From: Histomonas meleagridis 2922-C6/04-290x
Taxonomy: Eukaryota; Protista; Parabasalia
NCBI GenBank assembly: GCA_020184695.1
Contig: JAANOX010000153.1
Coordinates: 62,001-126,000, forward strand
Length of the DNA: 64,000 nt
Reading direction: 5' to 3'
The notes below the pieces were generated by a model, which was given only the letters and a program-made list of their open reading frames with translations, had not been told where the DNA came from and did no database searches. Below, one piece after another: positions 52,417-62,071 of this stretch. Within the stretch, counting starts at the first letter, position 1. The number at the start of each line of letters is the position of its first letter. The position numbers and the translations under genes were made by a program.

Positions 52417-55273
52417 TTTTACCTATTTCAATGAAACCATGGTTATTTGCATAATTCCATGCTGTCCAAATTGATCAAAATGAACTCCGAATTAATAAAA
52501 TAAAAACGAATTAAATTCAATATATATAAATTAATATAAAAAAATATCTTTTGCATTAACATCAATATCTTTTTGTTGGAGAAATAATTTAACAATTTCA
52601 ATACGATTAGATTGAGATGCATACATAAGTGCTGTACGTAATAATTAAAATAAATCCCAAATTAATAAAATAAATATCATATTATTAAAATAAGTTAGAA
52701 TTAAAATGTATAAATATCTTTATTATTAATATCTATTTCTTTTTGTTCAAGAAGTAATTTAACAATTTCAATTTGATTATATAGAGACGCATACATAAGT
52801 GCTGTACGTAATAATTAAAATAAATCCCAAATTAATAAAATAAATATCATATCATTAAAATAAATTCGAATTAAAATGAATAAATATTTTTTGCATTATA
52901 ATTGATCCGAAGTTTTTCAATTAGAAATTTTGCAAGCTCAACTTTAATATTCTTAGTAGCATATATTAATGCTATCCCAAATATAATAAATATATTCCAA
53001 AAAAATATTATAAACATCAAAAAGTTAAATTGAACTACAAAAAATTTAAATAAACGTATGTGTTAAAATTCTTTTGCTTGAATAAAAAAATAATCATTTC
53101 TTTACTTTTCGCACTCATGCAGCTTAAAATTTCTTGCTTATAAATTATAAATAAACATGAAATATAAAAAACGAAAATTATTGATATAAAGATTCATACC
53201 TTTGATACTTTGAAGTAATTTAACAATTTTAATATTTCCAGATAGACACGCTAGCGCAAATGATGAATAAAGTATTTGATACATATTCCATTTTCATTCT
53301 TTGCAAATATATCAATTCCTGGTTGTTCAAGAAGCAATTTAACTATATCAAATTGACCATTAAGAGATGCATACATAAGAGCTGTAGTAAACATAGAGAA
53401 TAAACACCAAATAAAAAATTCAAATTTCAATTTCTTAAAGTAAACTTTAAAAACTATTAAAAAATGTCTTTCATATTATAAACTATTGACTTCATATTTA
53501 ACAAATATTGAACAACTTTTAAATGACCATTTTCTGCTGCAAACATCAATGGCGTTTTAAAAAATTTAAACAAAAATCAAAAATTAGTTACAAACGTCAA
53601 AAAATACTAATAAGTTTTAAATATAAAAGAAAAATATTTTTTACATTAACATCAATTTTTCCGTGTTTTAAAATTTGTTGAATAACTTTAAGTTTACCAT
53701 CTTTAGATGCATTTAGAAGAACTTTTTTATGTAATGCAAAATAACAATAAATAGAAAAAATAAATTTGAAAAAATACAAATAAACATCATAACAGAAAAA
53801 AATAATAAATCCTCAAAAATTTTTTTATTTTTAAGTAGTAAAAGAACAATATCATAATTCTTACTTTCAGATGCTTTATAAATTGCTGTTATAAAAAATA
53901 GAAATGAAATCCGAATTTTAAATCATGGACAGAAATTTTCAAAAGAAATTTTAAAGATTTTTTATAAACATTTTTTAAATTAATTTTAATATCTTTATGT
54001 TCAATAAGTATTTTAACAATATCAATGAAACCATATTCGGAAGCACAAATTAATGGTGTCAATAATAACATGAAAAAAATTCATAAATTTTTTAAAAAAA
54101 TTATTTTTTGCATTAACATCGATTTCTTTTTGTTTGAGAAGTAATTCAACAAGTTCAGTGTTACCTGATTTTACTGCATATATCAATAAATCTTTTGGAT
54201 ATATTGAATAATTTTCTATAAAGTAAATATTTCCTAATTTCGCTGCTGCTTTAATAATTTTTTCATTAATTTCCATTCCTTCTTCTTTTAAAAACGAAAA
54301 AATTTCATAGTTATTGTATTGAATACATATTTTTCCTAATCCTGTTAGGTCTTCAATTTCGATCACTTTATTATCATAAAAATAATGAAAAATTTCATTA
54401 CGATGAAATTCAATTGCTGTTTCATATATGTATTTATATGATGCATTATTTTGTTCACATAAATGAATAATTTCTAAATTACCTCCTGCAACAGCATTTT
54501 CAAGCGTATATTCAACATTTGCTCCATTTATTAACAAATATTTAAAACATTTAATCGATCCAAAAAATGCTGCGTAATCAATTAATCCAACATAATAATT
54601 AATAAATGAACATCTTTCATAAACAGATGGTTCAATTCCTTGATTATAATCAAAATTACTTTGAGCTGATATTTCCATTAGTTTTTCGATTTTGTCATTT
54701 CGAAGAATTTTCAAAATTTCATTTGGATTAATTCCATCTGAAATTAATTGCTTATGAAGTTTCCAATTGTCTTTTGATAATTCGTCGATATTTCTGTAAA
54801 ATTGGCCTTCGAATCCATGAAAACCAAATTTTAGAAGTTCATCGATTTCTTCACTTGTTTTATAATGTGCAAAATATAAAGTATCTAACGTTTTTACAAA
54901 ATTTGGTTTTATAATTTTCTCTTCAATCATTTTTTCAAGAAGATAATTATGTAACGATTCGTTTGCATTTAATTTCCTTAAATATTTACAAAAAAAATCG
55001 ATTAATAAATATAAGAACATGTTCTTTTTGCTTTATTTCGATTCCTTTTAAATAGCTAAATAATATGTTTTCTTTTATATGCCCAGAATCAAAAGCAGAA
55101 CAAACAAAATTGCTGATAACAAGAAGAAAAGAAAATGGGAAATATTCATTAAATAAATTCAATGTTAATTTAGTTGATAAATCGATATTATTTTTATTCA
55201 AATTGAATATGATTTGTTCCAATGATTGTAAAAATTGTAAGTCATTGTGATCTTTGTTTATCACAGACTTCAT
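52400..55273 (-). CDS. DUF3447-type ankyrin-repeat protein with 37 17-nt inserts (reconstructed 747 aa after correcting one 8-T homopolymer)
   Basis: ATG at 55273. Eleven ankyrin units start at 54059, 53889, 53725, 53555, 53385, 53266, 53136, 52975, 52805, 52635 and 52465, ending EIGKIICDH* at 52400. Every segment length is a multiple of 3 after removal of the 17-mers. One +1 indel at ~54990-54997. Confidence 0.72.
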
Positions 55274-56203
55274 TGTCAATTGATTGGAACCTATGAACGA
55301 TATGAAATTAAAAGAAGAATTTTCGAATATTATACTTAAAAAGTGATCCGCCTCAAAATTGAAAAAAAATGAACCAGTTTTTATTACTTTTTATCATTTC
55401 GCTCTTTTCAAGCACAGAAAAAATAATATTCGAAATTTAATCATAAACAAAATTTGATTTTGGGTATATCGTCTAAATGATTGTTTAACTGTTTTTTTAT
55501 TTCTATTTGTTTAAATTTTGTTAATGTTTTGTAATGAGAATGAGATATTTTTTTTTTTACAATTTTTTTTATTTTATTTTGTATATATTTATACCAGACA
55601 TACTGACAAATAGTTTAACAGATGTTTTTTATGATATCTGATATTTATAAATAATTATCGAATAGATACTCATAAATAATTTTATATAATTCTATAAAAT
55701 AACCATTTGATAAAATATATAGAATTGAATAATTTATTTTGTAAAATTGTTATCGAATAAATAAATAATTAATTAATTAATACATATATTACAGTGTATA
55801 GCTCGATGATATCATGTTATCACAAGGCTATGCAGATCTCAAATGTTTAGCAAATATAAAAAAAATAAAATTAAGATAAAATTTGTAATTGCATTTATTA
55901 TATAATCAACGATTTCATGAGCAACACTTTAGCCATTGATATATTTAAAATATTTTAATTAGATAGATATCATTTAATAAAAACAGTCACTTTTTGAATG
56001 GAAAAATAACGGCGGCTTTCCCAACGCTATCGTCAGATATCGTTAAAAAATATGGTCACCTCAACCAAATTTGAATGGCTCGATGTTTTTTGTTTGGGAT
56101 CTCCAAATGACCGTTTCTCAAAAAGTCATTCAATTGAGGGTTTCTCACACAAAACTGATCAAGTGATCATTACACCCAACAGAATAAAAATCACTTCACA
56201 TTG

Positions 56204-58183
56204 ATGGGAAATAATCTCACAACTGAAGATCGATCAAAGTGTATTATTGCTGCTCCTCCAGAAGCAGAAGGTGAAAGTCCTATTTATATTAACTCTTCAC
56301 GTATCAAAGAAAATGGAGGCGAGTACATGAAAACACTCAGATCATGTCCAGAATGCGATACCACAACAAAAATTTTAGACTCATCAGCGGTAAAATTTAG
56401 AGATATGCCAGCACTTGGTGAAAGAGTAGTAAAACCAGATGGCACTTTCGGTGAATATAAATTCTGCACCTTTAAAGAATTTCAAGAAAACAGTCTTAAC
56501 ATTGCATCTGCCCTTAATGCACTTGGTTTTCAAAAAGGAGACACTATTGGGATTTATTCTTATAGCTGTCCATTCTGGCAAATGATTTTCTTCGGTTGTC
56601 AATATGGCGGTTATATTCCGGTACCAGTTTATGATTCACTTGGTGCTGGTGCGGCCAAATACATTGTTGAACATTCAGAATGTAAAGCAGTTTTTGTAAT
56701 TCAATCCAAAATTGAGGAATGTATTAAAGCATGCCAAGATTCTAAAAACATCAAAAAAATTTTTGTTATTGAGTCTGGCTTACCAAAACCATATGATAAA
56801 TCTCGATTTATGAATGTTCAGCAAGTCATTGAAATTGGCAAAGAAAAACGTTCCAATTTTGTAGTTCACAAGCCAACAGCCAGTGATACTGCAATATACA
56901 TGTATACATCCGGATCGACAGGTAATCCTAAGGGATGCATTCTTACCCAAATTGGCATAGTTGGAGGTGGCACTGGCTTAGCGTCCATAGATGCCTCTGT
57001 TACTCCACGAGATTTATATTTCTCATTTTTACCATTAGCACATGTCTATGAAATGTGTGTTCAAATCGTTTTAATTGCGCAAGGAACACCCATAGGTTTC
57101 TTTAGTGGCGACACACGTAACTTAGTTGATGATATGTATGTCCTTCAACCAACAGTAACATGTGCTGTCCCACGTGTCTTTAATCGTATCTACGAGAAAT
57201 TCGAAGAAAACATCAAAAAGCTTTCATGGCCCATGCAAAAGTTAATTCGTTGGGCAATTAATAACAAGAACGAATATCTTATAAACAATCGCCCACCATC
57301 ATTACTCTTAGAAATCCTCTTTTCTAAGTTCAGGGCGGCATTAGGAGGACGTATGCGATTAATTGTTAGTGGCGGCGCACCAATATTACCCGAAGTATAT
57401 GTTTTAATCCGAGCAACATTAACGCCGAATGTAATTCAAGGCTATGGCCTCACTGAAATATGTGCAGCTGGTTGTGTACAACAAGTCGGAGCTAAGAATC
57501 CATGCGATGTTGGTCCACCAGCAATTTCCATTGATATGAAGTTACGACCTGTGAAAGATTTCGATTATGATCCATGCGGTAATCCGCCAACAGGCGAAAT
57601 ATTATATCGCGGGCCAACAATATTTGCTGGGTATTATAAAGAAGAAGAATTAACAAGACAAGCATTAGATAATGGATGGTTCTGCACTGGTGACATTGGA
57701 ATTGTAACAGAAGATGGTTACATACAAATCATAGATCGAGCTAAGCAATTGGTTAAGTTATATCAAGGAGAATATTTATCATTGACAACTTTGACAGAGA
57801 AATATAGTAATACACCAGGAGTCGCATTCATTTACTTGTACGCTGATTCACACCACGGTGCACCTGTGGCTTTGGTTATACCAACAGAACAAAAAATTGC
57901 CGAATGGAAGAATAGAGGAATTGTCGATTTCAAGGAATCGAAAGAAGCTAAAGATGAAATATTGGCGGCATTAGCTGTCACTGCAAAGAAAGAAATGTTG
58001 AGAGGATTCGAAAGAATTGCTGCCGTTGCTTTGGATGATGAACCATTTACTATCGAAAATGGTTTGTTGACACCTTCTCTAAAGCCACAATTACATTCAT
58101 TAAGAAATAAATACGCAGGCGTCTTGGAAAGGGTTTACGAAGAAAACCCGAACATCCTCGGTGGTGCAAAGAAAGTTGAATAA
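56204..58183 (+). CDS. Long-chain acyl-CoA synthetase (AMP-binding family)
   Basis: YTSGSTGNPKG, SFLPLAHVYE, QGYGLTE, GWFCTGDIG, IIDRAK, GLLTPSLK. Inr-like TCACTT at 56191. MGNNLT is a possible N-myristoylation start. Confidence 0.93.
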   Translation: MGNNLTTEDRSKCIIAAPPEAEGESPIYINSSRIKENGGEYMKTLRSCPECDTTTKILDSSAVKFRDMPALGERVVKPDGTFGEYKFCTFKEFQENSLNIASALNALGFQKGDTIGIYSYSCPFWQMIFFGCQYGGYIPVPVYDSLGAGAAKYIVEHSECKAVFVIQSKIEECIKACQDSKNIKKIFVIESGLPKPYDKSRFMNVQQVIEIGKEKRSNFVVHKPTASDTAIYMYTSGSTGNPKGCILTQIGIVGGGTGLASIDASVTPRDLYFSFLPLAHVYEMCVQIVLIAQGTPIGFFSGDTRNLVDDMYVLQPTVTCAVPRVFNRIYEKFEENIKKLSWPMQKLIRWAINNKNEYLINNRPPSLLLEILFSKFRAALGGRMRLIVSGGAPILPEVYVLIRATLTPNVIQGYGLTEICAAGCVQQVGAKNPCDVGPPAISIDMKLRPVKDFDYDPCGNPPTGEILYRGPTIFAGYYKEEELTRQALDNGWFCTGDIGIVTEDGYIQIIDRAKQLVKLYQGEYLSLTTLTEKYSNTPGVAFIYLYADSHHGAPVALVIPTEQKIAEWKNRGIVDFKESKEAKDEILAALAVTAKKEMLRGFERIAAVALDDEPFTIENGLLTPSLKPQLHSLRNKYAGVLERVYEENPNILGGAKKVE

Positions 58184-58358
58184 ATCCTCAAATAAATTAT
58201 AATTTTCCACATGTCTACAGTATATATTTGGAAAAGTTGTCCAGACAGAAGAAGAAGAAGAAAATGACGTTTTTTGGATTGAAAAAGTGCAATTTACGAT
58301 ATCGATTTGAGAGCTTTCTAAACGATGCCTTCTCAAATTATTGCTTCACATTCTAAAT

Positions 58359-59657
58359 ATGGCCAAGCCTCTCCTTATCCACGGAACACTCGTTCACACT
58401 GTCGAAGGAAAACTTGAAGTCCTCGAAAATACATATGTTGCTGTTAAAGATGGCAAAATTGTAAGTATTTCTCAAAATAAACCAGAAGGTGATTTTGAAT
58501 TGATTGAAACAACTGAAACCCAATTAATCATCCCAGGTTTAATAGATACACACATTCATGCACCACAATACGTTTTTGCTGGATGCGGTCTTGATCTTCC
58601 TCTTCTTGATTGGCTTAATACATACACATTCCCAGCAGAATCTAAATTTAAGGAAGTTGAACATGCTCGTAAAGTATACGAAAATGTTGTCGCGAAAACA
58701 TTAGCATCAGGAACAACAACTGCAGTATTCTTCGCGACCATCGATAACAACACTTCATTGCTTCTTTCCGATATTTGCAAGAAGCAAGGCCAACGTGCTT
58801 TCATTGGAAAGGTTTCAATGGATCGCAATTCACCAGATTATTACATTGAAGAAACTGATAAAGCAATTACTGCTGTTTCTGACTTTGTCAAAGCTATGGA
58901 CGATCCAAACAGCCTCGCTCAGCCAATTCTTACTCCACGCTTTGTTCCATCATGTACCGAGAAGTTAATGAAAGGAATTGCATCAATCCACAACGAACAT
59001 CCAAACCTTTTAATCCAATCACACGTTTCAGAGAACACATCTGAGATCGAATGGGTCCATAGCCTTCATCCAGAATGTCCTAATTATACAAGTGTATATG
59101 ATATGTGCGGTCTCCTTAACGCAAAAACAATTTTAGCCCATGGAGTCCATCTTACTGATGACGAACTTCGCCTTCTTGCTGAACGTCATGCCACAATTGC
59201 ACATTGCCCATCATCAAATTTCCAACTTTTCTCAGGTGCTTGCGACGTCAGACGCCTTCAAGCTGCCCACGTCAATGTTAGCCTTGGTACTGACCTTGCT
59301 GGAGGTGAATCATCATCAATGATTCACGCAATGCGTAATGCTCTTGTTTGCTCACGCTCTATCCTTTTCACCCAAAGAAAACTCGGGCACGATGACTACA
59401 AACCATTAACTGTTCCAGAAGTGTTGTATCTCGCAACCGAAGCAGGCGCACGCGCTGTTGGACTCGAAGATAAAATCGGAAACTTCAAAGTCGGAAAGGA
59501 ATTCGATGCACTTGTTGTTGATATGCAAAAGGGCTACGTAGATTGCTTCGGACAGGAAACGAAGTTGGACTTGTTGGATAAGTTCGTCCACCAAGGCGAC
59601 GATAGGAACGTTGTTAAAGTCTTCGTAAGAGGAAACTTGGTCAAAAATGAACAGTAA
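58359..59657 (+). CDS. GDA: Guanine deaminase (amidohydrolase superfamily)
   Basis: PGLIDTHIHAPQY, LLDWLNTYTFPAE, TPRF, QSHVSEN, LAHGVHL, AHCPSSN, LGTDLAGG, IGNFKVGKEFDAL. ATG at 58359. Confidence 0.93.
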   Translation: MAKPLLIHGTLVHTVEGKLEVLENTYVAVKDGKIVSISQNKPEGDFELIETTETQLIIPGLIDTHIHAPQYVFAGCGLDLPLLDWLNTYTFPAESKFKEVEHARKVYENVVAKTLASGTTTAVFFATIDNNTSLLLSDICKKQGQRAFIGKVSMDRNSPDYYIEETDKAITAVSDFVKAMDDPNSLAQPILTPRFVPSCTEKLMKGIASIHNEHPNLLIQSHVSENTSEIEWVHSLHPECPNYTSVYDMCGLLNAKTILAHGVHLTDDELRLLAERHATIAHCPSSNFQLFSGACDVRRLQAAHVNVSLGTDLAGGESSSMIHAMRNALVCSRSILFTQRKLGHDDYKPLTVPEVLYLATEAGARAVGLEDKIGNFKVGKEFDALVVDMQKGYVDCFGQETKLDLLDKFVHQGDDRNVVKVFVRGNLVKNEQ

Positions 59658-60206
59658 ATAATTGAAAAGAAAATGATCTTTTTGTATTGAATTGTGTAAA
59701 TTGATGGGATGTAATAGAAAAACGAATTTTCACCGGATGAATTGGTTTGTTTGCTGTGCCAAAATCATATTCATAGAAAAATATGTTGTTTTATGCCTAA
59801 ACTCAAAAATTATTCATTTTAGGATCTGAAATTAAAAAAAATGATTTTCGGAAAAATTTACTCAAACCATAAATTTGGTCAATAGGAATTGTAAAAAATT
59901 TTGTGTAAAGTTGAGTGATATCAATATGATAAATAATATCAAATATTGGGTGAAATCTATTCATTTTAAAATCGAAAAAAATGGTATTCATTTCTTCTAT
60001 GAATAATAAGTTTTATAAAATTCTTTTCTAAAATTACGAAAGCCATTCAAAATAATATTATAAGATATTTTATCCAATTTTTATTGATGTATTTTTTATT
60101 TAAAAATCAATTTTATTTATTCCTTCATTAAACGTAAAAGTGGCAAAAGTAGTAGTAACTTTTTGAATAAGATATAAAAAGTGACGATTTCGAAATTAGA
60201 AATTGC

Positions 60207-61784
60207 ATGCAAGCTAATCCACCACATCCAATTTTATCAGCTATCAAACAAATACCGAAGAAGTGTTGGAATTTCATGCGCAAATATCCAATGTATTTCA
60301 TAAATTTTTTTGAGATTTTGGTTATTGTAATTTTCATTTTTCTTATTGTTGTTCCAACAACAAGAGACACATTTCTCAAAAGAAAGGTATTATCAGAGAA
60401 TTTATGCATAGGTAATGATGATGACTTGTATCGCCCACTTGATAATATAACTGAAATAGAAGAATATTTTGATGATTTCAAAAAAAATTTACAATTCATG
60501 ATTTCTTCTTCTTTCATGAAAATATACTTGGAAGATGAAATGAATCCTTACGAAATCAAGTTAAAATGGAAAAATGGAACAGAATCGAATCATCGAACAA
60601 TTGACATTTCATCAAATCTTTTTTTACACCTCGTTCATGTAACAATACAAGCAAAATTATATTGGATTATAACTCAAACAGATTCATTAGGATGCACAAA
60701 ATGGGAAGCTGGCACCGAATTTCACCAAGAAATTGGGAGCTTTTCATTCAAAGCAAGGCCATTAATTAAAAGGTCTAATTGTCCTATGTCATTCATGAAA
60801 GCAATCTCAAGCTCAGAGAAAAGAACACCAACAGCCTCAAACCAGGCACCCAAAAACCGTTTAGGGTCCCCCAACGATCAGAAAAAGTGGACTCATATTA
60901 GGAGTGCCCCTAACCGTCGAAATGTAAAGAAAACTGCCAGCAAACATCGAACCAAAAATATTTCTCCTCGAAGCTTTTCAACAAAAGCAACATTTAGTTC
61001 TAGCAAACTCTTAGAATCTAGTCCACCAACAGATTTACTTAGTAGCCTCTTTATTCCACAAGCATACAAGCAAGAGATTCTTTCGTTCTGTCTCCTCATT
61101 ATTTCATTAGCTGGTTTCATCATTTTAACCTTCGAGCTCATAAAGCGATTTAAAAATCATATTTTTCATAGGGAACATCAAGGAGCTTATAAAGATCTCG
61201 ACATATATGAACAGATTCATTCGACAATTGGTTTTTGGCCTTTAATCCACATTGTCTCAGAGCTTTATATTATGATAGCATCCATAGTTATTCTTGTAGA
61301 TTCTTTCCATTCCACACAATATATATCAATCACGTCACTTCGTATGTTTGCATTTGCTGCTTTTCTTTCTTTTGCCACATCAAGTCAATGGTACAGTGGA
61401 TCTCTTTACTTGTACCAATTAATTCTTCTCATCAGAGCATCTTTTGTTCGACTTTTAAATCTTTTCATTGGTATCCTTCCCTTGATTATTGGGCTTATGG
61501 TTCTCGGCGTTTTCATCTTTGGCTCTTTCTCTGAGGTATCTAAGACGTACATGAAGTTCCTTCAGATCTTCATCGGCCTCATCTTCGGCGACAACATGAA
61601 GGGAACGTTTGCGTTTTACACCGACGGTTCCTTAACGTTCGACATATTAAGTACAATTTACGTTACCGCGATGGCTATAACATCAGCATCAATTCTTTTC
61701 CCTTCTTTCACTGCTACAATTAGCTTCATTCATGAAAAGGAAGTTTTGCCATCAGATGAGGAAGTAGAAGGACTGGATTTATGA
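60207..61784 (+). CDS. Mucolipin/TRPML- or polycystin-like cation channel
   Basis: One N-terminal TM, a large luminal loop and then five TMs. The pore-like FLQIFIGLIFGDNMKGTF resembles the mucolipin LFSLINGDDMF-TF motif. Confidence 0.6.
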   Translation: MQANPPHPILSAIKQIPKKCWNFMRKYPMYFINFFEILVIVIFIFLIVVPTTRDTFLKRKVLSENLCIGNDDDLYRPLDNITEIEEYFDDFKKNLQFMISSSFMKIYLEDEMNPYEIKLKWKNGTESNHRTIDISSNLFLHLVHVTIQAKLYWIITQTDSLGCTKWEAGTEFHQEIGSFSFKARPLIKRSNCPMSFMKAISSSEKRTPTASNQAPKNRLGSPNDQKKWTHIRSAPNRRNVKKTASKHRTKNISPRSFSTKATFSSSKLLESSPPTDLLSSLFIPQAYKQEILSFCLLIISLAGFIILTFELIKRFKNHIFHREHQGAYKDLDIYEQIHSTIGFWPLIHIVSELYIMIASIVILVDSFHSTQYISITSLRMFAFAAFLSFATSSQWYSGSLYLYQLILLIRASFVRLLNLFIGILPLIIGLMVLGVFIFGSFSEVSKTYMKFLQIFIGLIFGDNMKGTFAFYTDGSLTFDILSTIYVTAMAITSASILFPSFTATISFIHEKEVLPSDEEVEGLDL

Positions 61785-62071
61785 GTGTTTTATATTGATC
61801 TGTAATCAAATTAATGTTTTTTTATGTGTGCGTAACTAAATTTTAAATTTTATTCCGGAAATGTTGAATTGAACAAATAAATAATAAAAGTGTTTTTTAG
61901 CAGAATTGATTTTTTGTATGTGCTTGAATTCCTTCAAACAATTGTTTTGTTTTTATGATTTTTTATTTCTTGATTCAAGAATGGAATTGGAATGTTATCA
62001 TGAAAAGGACAATTTTTTAACAACAAATCAAAAAATTTAGCTTACGTATATAAGACATTACATTTTTCAGT

